Assembly (NCBI GenBank): GCA_044229975.1
Contig: JBGARZ010000002.1
Span: 896,001 to 960,000, forward strand
DNA: 64,000 bases
Direction: 5' to 3'
Origin: Polyangiales bacterium
GTDB taxonomy: Bacteria > Myxococcota_A > Polyangia > Polyangiales > Ga0077539
Shown here: one piece after another, positions 21,269-31,366 of the stretch
How positions within the stretch are numbered: position 1 is the first letter of the stretch
Layout of the letters: each line of letters starts with the position of its first letter
Program-made: the position numbers and the translations under genes
The notes under the pieces: generated by a model
Databases searched by the model: none
What the model was told of the DNA's origin: nothing
Seen by the model: the letters and a program-made list of their open reading frames with translations, nothing else

Positions 21269-21361
21269 CGCCGCGCGACCCTAGTGCCTTTGCCGAGGTC
21301 GGCGCCAGACGATGCTGATCGTTCGCAACGCCCGGGGAACCACGATAAGGTCGCGCCAATC

Positions 21362-23830
21362 ATGACCGGCGACCCAGCGGACATCCCCATCCCAGAGCCG
21401 CTGCGCGCGCAGTACCGGGTGAGCTTCATCCGATTCCAGAGCCCCACGGCGGCGCTCTTCGAGGGCGTCGACCCCGAGCACGGCCACACCGTCCTCGTGA
21501 AGGTCATGCGCCCCGACCCGACGGCCTCGCCCGCCGATCGGCAGCGCGTGCGGCGCGAACTCCAGAAGCTCGTCCAGGTGCGCCACCCGACCCTGGTGCC
21601 CATCCTCGACCTCGGCGAGGAGGGTGACCTCACCTGGGTGGTTCGCCCCTTCGTCGTCGGCGAGACCCTCTCCGAGCGCATCGCCTCGCGCGGTCGGCTC
21701 TCCGACGTCGAGGCCGCCACCCTCGGGCTGCACCTCGCGGCGGGCCTCGGCGAGCTCCATCGCCACGGCCTCCTGCACCGCGACCTGCGCCCCGGTCACG
21801 TGCTGCTCGGCCAGGACGGCGGCGTCTACCTCATCGACGCGGGGCTCGGCCGCACCTTCGTCGCGCCCGACGGCAGGGCCCTCGTGGGTTGTCCGGGCTA
21901 CGCCGCGCCGGAGGCCATCCTCGGCCGCTTGATGAGCTTTCGCTCCGACCTCTACGGGCTCGGCGCCGTGCTCTACGAGGCGCTCTCGGGCATGCCACCG
22001 TACATGGCGCTCGACCCGCGGCGCATGATGCAGCTCCAGTGCGAGGCCGACCCCGAGCCGCTCGATCCGTCGGTTCCGCAGGCGCTGACGCGGCTGGTGG
22101 CGACGCTGCTGGCGCGTGACCCGCGCGAGCGCCCGATGAGCGCGCAGATCGTCGAGCGGCAGCTCGAACCGATGGTGCCGTCGATTCCGCCGAGCCCGAT
22201 GGAGTCGGACATCGAACTCGGCGAGCGCACCGTGATGACCGACTCGTCGTCGGACTACATGGACTCGGGGATGCTCCAGTCCGAGCCGCCCGCGTCGGCG
22301 TTCATGCCTCCGGCGACGCCGCCCGCGCCACCGCAGCCCGCGCCTCCGCCGCAGCGTCAGCAGTACAAGCAGACGATGATGGGGATGGCGCCGGAGATGC
22401 CCGCGATGGCGGCCGAGCAGCAAGCCCAGGCGGCGGTCGCGTCGGAGGGCGGCCTCGACTTCGAGGACGTCGTCGACACCAACCAGAACGAGGCGTCGCG
22501 CGTCTTCGGCATCCCGGCGACATCGCCCAACCAGGGAGGCAGCGCGATTCCGCCGCTCGCCGCGGTGCCGCCGCAGGCGCCCGCGTTTGGTCCGCCGCCG
22601 GGCGCAGACCCGAAGAGCGGTCCGCGCATGGCGCCGCCGCCGTACGGAGAGCCGCCGCCACAGCAGCCGGGTCCAGGGCCGTCGGGAATGTACCCGCAGG
22701 GCCAACAGGATCCGATGTTCGACGTCCCGGTGAGCCACACCGTGGCGATGGACGGCCCTCCCCCCGGAGCGTTTGGGGCCTACCCGTCCAACCCGGGCAT
22801 GCCTCCCGGTCAGCCGATGCAGATGCAACCGATGCAGATGCAGCCGATGCAACCGCAGATGCAGATGCAGCCGGGGCAGATGCCACCGCACATGCAGCAG
22901 CAGCCGATGCAGCAGCCGATGCAGCAGCAGTGGTCGCCCTATGGCGGGCCGATGAGCGTTCCGCCCGGGCCAGGCTACGTCGCGCCCGCACCCGCGCCCC
23001 CAGCAAAGTCCGGCGGCGCCCTCCCCTGGATCATCGGCTTCGTCGTTCTGGTCTCCATCGCTGGCGGCGCTGGGTTTCTCGCGGCCCGCGCACGTCGCAC
23101 CACGCCCGTCGTCACGGCGCCCACGCTACCTGCGACCACGCCCACGCAGCCGACGATGCCCGAGACGCAGCCCACCGCCGTCGACGCGGGTGCCCTGCTG
23201 GCCACGGCGGATGTCCCATCGATGGCAACGCCCGACGTCGCCATGGCGGCCGCCATCATCGACGCGAGTCAGGTGCTCGCCGCAGAGCCCGACACGGGCA
23301 CCCCGGTGGCCGTGGTCGTCGACGCGGGGACGATGGTCGCGATCGTCGATGCGGGTGCGCCCGCGACGCCTGTCGCCCCGTCGCCGACGCCGACGCCGAG
23401 CCCCGCCCGTCCGGTGGTCCGTGTCGCGACGCCGCGGCCCAACACGGTGCGCCCGGTCCCGCGCCCGACGACGGCTGCCGACGCAGGCGTCGCGGTCACG
23501 CCCCTCAACGATGCGCTGCGACGACAGGACTGGGCCGCCGCCCGTCGCCTGCTCGGGGAGCACCTGCGGGCCCATCCCAGCGACGCGGCCGCCCACGCCC
23601 AGCTCGGGTACGTGCTTGACCGCCTCGGCGACTCCAACGGCGCGCTCAACGAGTACCGCTCGGCGACGCGCCTCGACCGCCGCAACACCCGCTACCTGCA
23701 CCGCCTCGCCGACCTCCAGACGAGCACCGGCGATCGCGCGGGCGCCATCGCGACGCTCCAGCAGATCCTGCGCATCAACCCGCAAGAGCCCGCCGCGCGC
23801 GCCCGCCTCGATCAGCTCCAGCCCCACTGA
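21362..23830 (+). CDS. Ser/Thr kinase-like protein (probable pseudokinase) with Pro/Gln/Met-rich linker, TM helix and C-terminal TPRs
   Basis: LVKV, HRDLRPGH, DAG, APE, SDLYGLG; TM LPWIIGFVVLVSIAGGAGFL; TPR-like AHAQLGYVL..AL.EY..A..LD. Confidence 0.85.
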   Translation: MTGDPADIPIPEPLRAQYRVSFIRFQSPTAALFEGVDPEHGHTVLVKVMRPDPTASPADRQRVRRELQKLVQVRHPTLVPILDLGEEGDLTWVVRPFVVGETLSERIASRGRLSDVEAATLGLHLAAGLGELHRHGLLHRDLRPGHVLLGQDGGVYLIDAGLGRTFVAPDGRALVGCPGYAAPEAILGRLMSFRSDLYGLGAVLYEALSGMPPYMALDPRRMMQLQCEADPEPLDPSVPQALTRLVATLLARDPRERPMSAQIVERQLEPMVPSIPPSPMESDIELGERTVMTDSSSDYMDSGMLQSEPPASAFMPPATPPAPPQPAPPPQRQQYKQTMMGMAPEMPAMAAEQQAQAAVASEGGLDFEDVVDTNQNEASRVFGIPATSPNQGGSAIPPLAAVPPQAPAFGPPPGADPKSGPRMAPPPYGEPPPQQPGPGPSGMYPQGQQDPMFDVPVSHTVAMDGPPPGAFGAYPSNPGMPPGQPMQMQPMQMQPMQPQMQMQPGQMPPHMQQQPMQQPMQQQWSPYGGPMSVPPGPGYVAPAPAPPAKSGGALPWIIGFVVLVSIAGGAGFLAARARRTTPVVTAPTLPATTPTQPTMPETQPTAVDAGALLATADVPSMATPDVAMAAAIIDASQVLAAEPDTGTPVAVVVDAGTMVAIVDAGAPATPVAPSPTPTPSPARPVVRVATPRPNTVRPVPRPTTAADAGVAVTPLNDALRRQDWAAARRLLGEHLRAHPSDAAAHAQLGYVLDRLGDSNGALNEYRSATRLDRRNTRYLHRLADLQTSTGDRAGAIATLQQILRINPQEPAARARLDQLQPH
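22811..22930 (+). repeat. In-frame CAG/ATG/CCG low-complexity repeat encoding a QPMQMQP tract
   Basis: Repeated CAGCCGATGCAG units. Confidence 0.75.
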
Positions 23831-23883
23831 CGTCGCTCGAAACGGCCTTCGTCGCCGCGGCGCGCGAGGGATACGATGGAGCC

Positions 23884-24753
23884 ATGAACCTCCTGCGATG
23901 GTCCCTGGCGTCGTGTCTCGCGGCGAGTGCGTTGTCGTCGGGCTGCTCGTCCGACGGCCCGACGGCGACCGATGGCGGCGTCGATGTCGCCACCGATCGC
24001 GGAGCCGTCACCGACCTCGGGAGCACCACCGATCGCAGCGCGGGAGACACCGGTTCCGCGATGACCTGCGGCGCGACGCTCGGCCCGTGCAACCTGGTGA
24101 CGAACGCGCCGTGCGCCGCGGGCACGGGCTGTTACGCCGGCGTCGCGCCCGACGGAACGCTGGGAGCGTCGTGCGCGGAATCGGGTCGGCGCGGCTGGGG
24201 TGAGGCGTGCACCACGGCCAACGGGTGCCGCGAGGGCTTCGCCTGCCTCGGCACGCCGGGCGCCTGCGTGAAGCTCTGCTGCGAGAACGACAATGCCTCC
24301 TGCCGCGACGAGACGCGCGGGGGTCGACCCGGCGCCATCTGCGCGGGCGGCGTCACGGGCACCGACGTCCACACGTGCACGGAGGTCACGAGCTGCGACC
24401 TCTACGCGACCAGCGCCAATCGCTGCCCGGCCGAGCGGCCCCGCTGTGACCTCCTGGCCGACGACGGCACCGCCAACTGCTTCGCGCTCGAAGCGGGCGC
24501 TACGCCGGGCGGCGACGGCGCGACGTGTTGCACCAACAGCCGCTGCCAGCCGGGCTTTCTGTGCGTGCCCGCGACGCCCGGCGGCGGCACCGAGGCGTGC
24601 GTCGCGGCGATGCCCAACCGGGCCTGCCGTCGCGTGTGCAACCCCACCCTGACGGGCGGCGACGCGGGGGCGCAGTGCCCCGCCGCGCGCATGTGCGTGG
24701 GCTTCAGTGCGGGCGCGCCGGAGAGCTACGGGCGCTGCGAGCCGATGCGCTGA
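23884..24753 (+). CDS. Cys-rich lipoprotein
   Basis: Lipobox-like SSGC; Asp-rich linker; about 30 Cys. Confidence 0.8.
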   Translation: MNLLRWSLASCLAASALSSGCSSDGPTATDGGVDVATDRGAVTDLGSTTDRSAGDTGSAMTCGATLGPCNLVTNAPCAAGTGCYAGVAPDGTLGASCAESGRRGWGEACTTANGCREGFACLGTPGACVKLCCENDNASCRDETRGGRPGAICAGGVTGTDVHTCTEVTSCDLYATSANRCPAERPRCDLLADDGTANCFALEAGATPGGDGATCCTNSRCQPGFLCVPATPGGGTEACVAAMPNRACRRVCNPTLTGGDAGAQCPAARMCVGFSAGAPESYGRCEPMR

Positions 24754-26216
24754 GCCGGCGTCGTCGACTCGTCGACGCGGCATCCGATGCGGGCGAGCGC
24801 GAGGCGACGACGGGCGGCGTCGGACCCGGGATCGCCGGCGATCCAGGCGACCACGGCGCCGTGATCGGTGGGCGTGATGGCGAGGTCGACGACGTCCGCG
24901 GGATCACCTGAAGGGACGCCGAGGTCGGCGAACCATCGGGTGGCCGTGCGAGGTGTCGCGCCGCCGAGAGAGACCAGCGCGCGGGGGTCGTCGCCCGCAC
25001 CGGGTCGCTCCGCGAGGACCAACGCACCAGCGGGCGTCCAGGCGACGAGCGGGTCCCACAGTGCGCCGGTGCTGCGGCTCGGACGGGGCGCGAGGGCGGG
25101 CAGCACGACGAGCTCGGCGAGGCCGCCATCGGCGCCAAGCGCGGCAGACGAACGGCGCGCGATGAGGCCCCACGGTGACACCGACGGGCCCCAGTACCCG
25201 GCGCCCGAGAGCACCCGCACCCCCGGCGGACCCATCGACCCGACGCGGGCGCCGCGGCCGGTGTCGAGGGTGATTCCGGCGCGCGTCCAGACGCCCGCGG
25301 TGGGTCCGTCGGCGATGGTCCACGCGGCCACGAGACCGGCGTCGGCGGCGGCGAGGCTGGCGCTGCTCTGACCGCGGCCGTCGTCGCGCGCGTCGCGGGT
25401 GAGCTCCAGCGGCGCCCGCACCGAACGACCGCTCCCGTCGAGGAACCACAGCACCTCTCGCCGCGCGGGCGCGAGCCCTGGGGCCGTCGCGACGGACTCG
25501 CCAAACACCGCCGCCGTGCCGCCCGACCACACGACCGGCGCCGTGTCGATGTCGAGCGAGCGCGTGCCCTCGATGGCGCGCGGCGGGAAGAACTCGCTGC
25601 CGTGCGGCCCCACGCGCGTCCACACGATGGAGCGGCCATCGGGGCGCATCTCACCGCGCTCGCTGCGCTCGTAGGAGAGCACCGCGGCGTCGTGTTCGCG
25701 CAGCACCACGGAGGCGTCCGGCGCGAAGCCGGGCGCGTCGGACACCCGCGGCGCCTCGCCCTCCCACTCCACCCACCGCGACGCCGGAAACGAGAAGCCC
25801 TGCCTCCCTCGCAGCGGTCGACCGAGGGTCACCAGCGCCACCGAGCGCGCGCCGCGGCTCGCGAGCGCGACCTGCAACGGAATCATGGTGCCGGTGTTGA
25901 GGTCCACGAGCCGCACGGGGCCGTCCATCGAGCACGAGGTCCACGGCGAGGGCAGCGCGTCGGCGTCGGCGAGCGTGGTCGACGGGGCGGGCGCTTCGGT
26001 CGGCGGCGCGACGACGCGGTCAAGCAGGAAGTCTTCGACGGCGACGTCGCCGAAGCGGGTCAGCCGCGCGCCCAGCATCTCGCCCGCCCCCAGCGCCATC
26101 GCTTCGGTCAGCGGTGTCTCGGACGGTGGGTCGGCGCGCGAAGGCGGAGCCGGTTGCGCCGAGGCCATCGACGCAGCCAGTGCGGTGGCCGCTGAGCCGA
26201 GCGCGATCCGACGCAT
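24726..26216 (-). CDS. Hypothetical secreted protein
   Basis: Signal peptide MRRIALGSAATALAASMASA; long ORF; 3' end overlaps the convergent gene. Confidence 0.65.
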   Translation of the reverse strand: MRRIALGSAATALAASMASAQPAPPSRADPPSETPLTEAMALGAGEMLGARLTRFGDVAVEDFLLDRVVAPPTEAPAPSTTLADADALPSPWTSCSMDGPVRLVDLNTGTMIPLQVALASRGARSVALVTLGRPLRGRQGFSFPASRWVEWEGEAPRVSDAPGFAPDASVVLREHDAAVLSYERSERGEMRPDGRSIVWTRVGPHGSEFFPPRAIEGTRSLDIDTAPVVWSGGTAAVFGESVATAPGLAPARREVLWFLDGSGRSVRAPLELTRDARDDGRGQSSASLAAADAGLVAAWTIADGPTAGVWTRAGITLDTGRGARVGSMGPPGVRVLSGAGYWGPSVSPWGLIARRSSAALGADGGLAELVVLPALAPRPSRSTGALWDPLVAWTPAGALVLAERPGAGDDPRALVSLGGATPRTATRWFADLGVPSGDPADVVDLAITPTDHGAVVAWIAGDPGSDAARRRLALARIGCRVDESTTPAQRIGSQRP

Positions 26217-26325
26217 CGTGAGAAGAGCATTGGGCACCGTGGCAGCACCTCCGCGCAACTATCCGTCGAGGGGGCGGTGACGTTCTGCGCGGTGGGGCGG
26301 CGGGACGGCGTCTACACTGCGCGCC

Positions 26326-28245
26326 GTGACCGCACTTACCGCAGACCATGTCGCCCGGAGCCTCGGCTCTTCCCACATCCTCAAGGACGTCTCCCTCGCC
26401 ATGGACCTCGGCGAGCGCATCGGCCTCATCGGGGCCAACGGTTCTGGCAAGAGCACCCTCGCCCGCATCCTCGCCGGCATCGAGGGCCCCGACGCCGGAA
26501 CCGTCGCCCGTCGCCGGGGACTGCGCTGCATGCTGCTCCCGCAGGAGCCCGAGCTCGACCCGACGAAGACGGTGTTCGAGACGGCGGAGTCCGGGCTCTC
26601 GCACTGGCGCGACGCGACGATGCGCTACGAGGCCATCGCGCACCTCATCGAGGCGTCGGACTCCGACCGCGACGCGCTGCTCAACGAGCAGTCCGAGCTC
26701 GCGAGCCTCATCGAGACCCTCGGCGGGTGGGACCCGCGGCATCGCATCCAATCGTTTCTCGATCGGCTCGGCCTCGTGCGACCGGGCGACCTCGTGGCCA
26801 ACCTCTCGGGCGGCGAGCGGCGGCGCGTGGCCCTCGCGCGGCTGCTGGTGGCGGCGCCCGACATCGCCATCCTCGACGAGCCGACCAACCACCTCGACGC
26901 CGACACGGTCTCCTGGCTGGAAGAGTGGATCACCCGGGAATTCCGCGGCGCGATGATGATCATCACGCACGACCGCTACCTCCTCGACCGCGCCGTCACG
27001 CGCATCATGGAGCTCGACCTCGGCATGGTGCGCTCGTACCCAGGGCGGTACCGCGACTACCTCACGCTGCGCGCCGAGCGCCTCGCCCAGGAGGCCCGCG
27101 TCGAAGCCCGCCTGGTCAACACGATGCGCCGCGAGCAGGAGTGGCTCTCGCGCGGCCCGGCGGCCCGAACGACCAAGCAGCAGGCCCGCATCCAGCGCGC
27201 GCATGAGCTCTCCGAGACCATCGTGAGCAACAAGCGCGACGTGGTGAAGGTCAACCTGGAAGGTGCTGTCGCGCGCACCGGCAAGCGCATCCTGGAGATG
27301 CGGAAGGTCGGGCTCACGCTCGGCGGGCGGGAGATGTTTCGCGACTTCGAGCTGATCCTGACGCCGGGCGAGCGGGTCGGCATCGTGGGGCCCAACGGCG
27401 CGGGGAAGACCTCGCTGTTGAAGCTCATCCTCGGCGAGCTCGCGCCGAGCTCGGGCGAGGTGGTCGTCGGGCTCAACACCAAGGTCGCGTACTTCGACCA
27501 GAGCCGCGGCGCGGTCGATCTGGAGCGCTCGGTGCTCGACCACTTCACGGCCGACGCCGACCGGGTGCGCGTCGGCGACCGCTGGATCGAACCCCACGCC
27601 TGGCTCGACCGCTTCGGCTTCGACGGCGCGCGGCAGCGGCAGAAGGCGGCGATGCTGTCGGGCGGCGAGCGCGCGCGGCTGGCGCTGGCGCTGCTGCTGC
27701 GGGGCGAGGCCAACCTGATCCTGATGGACGAGCCCACCAACGACCTCGACCTGTCGACGCTCGGAGTGCTGGAGGAGTTCCTGCTCGACTGGCCGGGGAC
27801 GGCGATGGTGGTGAGCCACGACCGGTACTTCCTCGATCAGGTGGCGACGTCGATTCTTTCCTTCGAGGGCGACGGGGAGATCGTTCATGACCGCGGCGAC
27901 TGGGACGCCCATCGCGAGGCGCGCGATCAGCGACGCGAGGCCCGCAAGGCCGCCGCGCGAACGGCAGCCCGCCACAGCGACGCCCGGCGCCTCACGACGC
28001 CCGATGCGCGCGGGCCGAAGCCCCTGACTCCTCCGGAGTTGAAGGAGCTGGAGGCGCTCCCGACGAAGGTCGACGAGGCCGAGGCCGAGGTGCAGCGACT
28101 CGACGCGGTTCTCGCTGACCCGGGGTTCTACGCGAACGGCAGCGCGGTGACGGAGACCATGGCGGCGGCCGACGCGGCGCGACGCCAGGTGGAGGCGCTC
28201 ATGGCGCGCTGGGAGGCGCTGGAGGCGCGACGGCCGCCCCGCTGA
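26326..28245 (+). CDS. uup: ABC-F family ATPase (Uup-like)
   Basis: Two ABC cassettes (GANGSGKS/LSGGE/LDEPTNHLD and GPNGAGKT/LSGGE/MDEPTNDLD) plus C-terminal coiled coil; no TM segments. Confidence 0.88.
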   Translation: MTALTADHVARSLGSSHILKDVSLAMDLGERIGLIGANGSGKSTLARILAGIEGPDAGTVARRRGLRCMLLPQEPELDPTKTVFETAESGLSHWRDATMRYEAIAHLIEASDSDRDALLNEQSELASLIETLGGWDPRHRIQSFLDRLGLVRPGDLVANLSGGERRRVALARLLVAAPDIAILDEPTNHLDADTVSWLEEWITREFRGAMMIITHDRYLLDRAVTRIMELDLGMVRSYPGRYRDYLTLRAERLAQEARVEARLVNTMRREQEWLSRGPAARTTKQQARIQRAHELSETIVSNKRDVVKVNLEGAVARTGKRILEMRKVGLTLGGREMFRDFELILTPGERVGIVGPNGAGKTSLLKLILGELAPSSGEVVVGLNTKVAYFDQSRGAVDLERSVLDHFTADADRVRVGDRWIEPHAWLDRFGFDGARQRQKAAMLSGGERARLALALLLRGEANLILMDEPTNDLDLSTLGVLEEFLLDWPGTAMVVSHDRYFLDQVATSILSFEGDGEIVHDRGDWDAHREARDQRREARKAAARTAARHSDARRLTTPDARGPKPLTPPELKELEALPTKVDEAEAEVQRLDAVLADPGFYANGSAVTETMAAADAARRQVEALMARWEALEARRPPR

Positions 28246-29737
28246 CGAGACCACAGCGGGCGAGCGCCTCGGGGCGCGGAACGGCGCGGAGGATGAGCAC
28301 CTCGTGGCGGCGGGGTGGTTCGAGCTGCGCGTAGCGATCGGAGCGAAACACCTCGTACCCGGTGAAGTCCCACGCGGGCGCGAAGCGGGCGATCCACGGC
28401 GATGGCAGCACGAACCACGTCGGCCGCCGCACGCGCAGCAGGTGACAGAGGTGCGCGGTGGACCCGCGCGGGTGGTGGATGAGGGCGTGCTCGTTGAGGC
28501 CCACGAGGTCGACGATGGTGCGCCCGCCGAAGAAGCGCGAGGCGCCTGCGCCCTCGACCGCGACGACCGCATCGACGGGCGTGTGGACCGCGAGGCTGCG
28601 AGCCGGCGCGGTGTGGAAGGTCGCGATGTCCCGGCACTGGTCGGCGTGCAGTGCGCGCGCGGCCAGCACCGACGGGACCACCGCCACGACGGCGAGCAGG
28701 AGGGCCATGGCTGTGAGCCAGCGGGGCGGCGCGGAGGAGCGCTGCGCGAGGGCGTCGACGAGGTGCTGCGCGCCGAGCGCGGCGGGCCACCAGAGCAGCA
28801 TGAGGAAGGGGTAGAGGTAGCGCCGGGTGTAGAGAAGAACCGTCGGGTCCAGGGGACGGCTCGCGAGCACGCCGACGAGCGGGACGAGCGCCAGAGCCAG
28901 CCACGTCGGGGCGGCGCCGCGGACCCGTTGGAGTCCGATCGCCGCGAGGCCGAGGAGAAGCAGCGCGACGACCGCGCCGTCTTCGGTGAGCGTCGCGGCG
29001 AGGAAGGCGACGGAGCGCGCGACATCGGCTTTGCCAGCCTTCGCATAGAAGGTGTTGGGCAACGGGTGACCGGTGACGACGAGGTCGTACGCGACCCACA
29101 GCGCGACCGCGATCAACGACGGGAGGGCGACGGCGACGACGCGACGGGGTCTCGCGGCGACGGCCGCCAGGGCGACGACGGCGGCCGCGCACTCGGGCCG
29201 CGCGAGCACCGCGAGGGCGAGGAAGACACCCACGGTTCGGGGCCGATCGCGGAGCGAGGCGTCGAGCGCGAGGGAGAGCGTGAGGGCGGTGAGCGTGACC
29301 TCCATCCCGCTGGCGGCCCCGGCGCACCACCACGGGCCGAGGGGCGCGGCGAGAGAGAGCACGACCGCGACCACGGGCGATGCTCCCGCACGATGGGCGC
29401 ACCGAGCGAGCACGGCCGCGGCGACCGCCCCGAGCAGCGCCGCGATGGCCTTCACGACGAGCGCGACGGGGGCGCCCAACGCCTGGGAGACGAGCAGCCC
29501 GGCGAGCGCAAACGACAGCCACAACGGGCTGGAGAAGCCCGCCTCGGGCACCGCCGGGTTGTAGGTCGGGAGACCATCGCGCAGAAGGCCGCGCGCGTAG
29601 GCGAGATGGATCCACGCGTCGTCGAGGGGGAAGTCGGTGCGGGTGACGGGCGAGGCGCCGAGCAGCACCACCGCGACGAAGGCCAGCGCCGTGGCGACCG
29701 CAGCGCCCCAGGGGAGCAACCGCGACGAGGCGCTCAC
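28199..29737 (-). CDS. Polytopic membrane protein, GT-C-like glycosyltransferase
   Basis: DDAWIHLAYA..YNP..GFSSPLW, SGME, ARPE, PNTFYAK, RYLYP, DLVGL motifs; many TM segments; GTG start overlaps the upstream stop. Confidence 0.72.
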   Translation of the reverse strand: MSASSRLLPWGAAVATALAFVAVVLLGASPVTRTDFPLDDAWIHLAYARGLLRDGLPTYNPAVPEAGFSSPLWLSFALAGLLVSQALGAPVALVVKAIAALLGAVAAAVLARCAHRAGASPVVAVVLSLAAPLGPWWCAGAASGMEVTLTALTLSLALDASLRDRPRTVGVFLALAVLARPECAAAVVALAAVAARPRRVVAVALPSLIAVALWVAYDLVVTGHPLPNTFYAKAGKADVARSVAFLAATLTEDGAVVALLLLGLAAIGLQRVRGAAPTWLALALVPLVGVLASRPLDPTVLLYTRRYLYPFLMLLWWPAALGAQHLVDALAQRSSAPPRWLTAMALLLAVVAVVPSVLAARALHADQCRDIATFHTAPARSLAVHTPVDAVVAVEGAGASRFFGGRTIVDLVGLNEHALIHHPRGSTAHLCHLLRVRRPTWFVLPSPWIARFAPAWDFTGYEVFRSDRYAQLEPPRRHEVLILRAVPRPEALARCGLVSGAAVAPPAPPSAP

Positions 29738-31284
29738 TGACACACGCCGTCGCGACAGAGGAGCAACCCGCAGCAGCCCAGGCTGCCGGTGCACGCGCCA
29801 CCCGCGGCCGCGCAACAGCGGAAGGTGCCCACGACGTCGACGCAACCACGACCGCCGGCGCAACACCCCGGAGCCGCCTCGCCCGGAACGCAGACCACCG
29901 CCTCGCCCAGCGTGCACGGCGCCACGCGACACGAGCCGCCCAGGCACACCAGTCCGCCGCAGCAGTCCGACCCGACCGCGCACGGCTCGCCGCCGACGTT
30001 GCAGCATCGACCCGACTCGCAGCGCCGGGCACCGCAGCAGCCGGTGTCGCTCGCGCACTGCGTCGCCGTCCCGCCGCAGCAGCGGTTCTGACCAGCCCGG
30101 TCGGCGCAGATGAGCCCGCCGCTGCAACACGCCACCGCGCCCGGCGTGCACGTCGCTCCCTCCGCCACGGAGCACGCGGGCGGCCGACACACGCCGCCGG
30201 TACAGGTGAGCCCGGTGCAGCAGTCCGAGGCGCTGGCGCAGGTCTCGGCGGAGGTGCGGCACACACAACGCCCGGCCGCGCAGTTGAGCCGACCGCAGCA
30301 CTCCGCCGAGCTACCGCACGCCCCTTCCGCGGCCCGACAGCACGCCCCCGCCCCGCAGGTGAGTCCGCCGCAGCACGCCGCCGCGCTGGCGCAGCTCGTC
30401 CCCACCGCCCCGCACGACGAGGCTCGCGCGCAACGGCCCGCCGCGCACGCGAGGCCAGCCACGCACGGGCTCGCCCCCGCGCAGCACGGTTGACCATCAG
30501 CGCCGCAGATCGCCGCGGCGCACGCGCCCGCCACGCAGCCCCCGCCCGCGGCGCAGGTCACGCCGCAGGCGCCGCAGTGGCGCGCGTCGACGCGGGCGTC
30601 CACGCATCCGCCCCCGCAGCATGTGAGCCCCACCGCGCACGCGGCCGACCCGGTGCAGCACGCCTGCCCGCTGCCACCACAGGTCACCGCGGGCCTCGCG
30701 CACAGCCCGCTCTCGCAGGTGAGCCCCGCCGCGCATGGCGTCCCCGCCGCGCAGCACGCCTGCGCCTCCGCGCCGCAGACGACCCTCGGACGGCACGACC
30801 CCGACTGGCACTCGAAGCCACCGCCGCACCGCGCGCCTTCGCAGCACGTCTGCCCGCTGCCGCCGCACGCGGCAACGGGCGCGCACACGTTGGCCACGCA
30901 GCGGAAGCCCGCCGCGCACAGCTCACCGGCGCAGCACGCCTGACCCGCCCCGCCGCAGGCCACCGGGACGGCGCAGCCCACATCGACGCAGACGAGTCCC
31001 TGGGCGCACCGCGCACCGTCGCAGCACGACTGGCGCGCGCTGCCGCAGCCCGGCGCGCTCACGCACAGATCGCCCACGCACGACGAGCCTTCCTCGCACG
31101 CATCGCCCGTGCAGCACACCTGGCCGACGACGCCGCACAGCGCCTGCGGATCGATGGCGCCCCGGTCGGGTCGACCCGCGTCGGAGGACCCGGGATCGCC
31201 GCTCGCGACGCGCCCCTCGGCGCACCCCAGGAGCGTCGCCAGGAGCACCAACCCGCAGCAGCGATGCGACCACCAGAACACCAT
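29734..31284 (-). CDS. Cys-rich tandem-repeat lipoprotein
   Basis: Lipobox LLGC; more than 10 repeats of CGxxGQxCCxGxxCxxGLxC; one CVD..D.RHCGACG unit; start uncertain (31284 or 31368). Confidence 0.8.
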   Translation of the reverse strand: MVFWWSHRCCGLVLLATLLGCAEGRVASGDPGSSDAGRPDRGAIDPQALCGVVGQVCCTGDACEEGSSCVGDLCVSAPGCGSARQSCCDGARCAQGLVCVDVGCAVPVACGGAGQACCAGELCAAGFRCVANVCAPVAACGGSGQTCCEGARCGGGFECQSGSCRPRVVCGAEAQACCAAGTPCAAGLTCESGLCARPAVTCGGSGQACCTGSAACAVGLTCCGGGCVDARVDARHCGACGVTCAAGGGCVAGACAAAICGADGQPCCAGASPCVAGLACAAGRCARASSCGAVGTSCASAAACCGGLTCGAGACCRAAEGACGSSAECCGRLNCAAGRCVCRTSAETCASASDCCTGLTCTGGVCRPPACSVAEGATCTPGAVACCSGGLICADRAGQNRCCGGTATQCASDTGCCGARRCESGRCCNVGGEPCAVGSDCCGGLVCLGGSCRVAPCTLGEAVVCVPGEAAPGCCAGGRGCVDVVGTFRCCAAAGGACTGSLGCCGLLLCRDGVCQ

Positions 31285-31366
31285 CTTCGCCGACGTTCTG
31301 TACGCGGGTCGCGGCCCCCGGGACAACCGTCGCCGCGCGATCGCTTTGGTGTATGGTCGCGCCATC

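Noticed and set aside
20417..21361. N-terminal extension of the 1137-aa kinase ORF
   Set aside because: Overlaps prmA on the opposite strand; the kinase-like sequence begins at ATG 21362
28199..28245. 47-bp convergent overlap of the ABC-F and GT-C-like genes (also 24726-24753)
   Set aside because: Short 3' overlaps are common in GC-rich genomes; no evidence of function
29734..31284. RiPP precursor or metallothionein interpretation of the Cys-rich ORFs (given TldDE in the window)
   Set aside because: They have lipoprotein signals and are long disulfide-type repeat proteins; no YcaO, radical SAM or lanthipeptide enzymes are nearby
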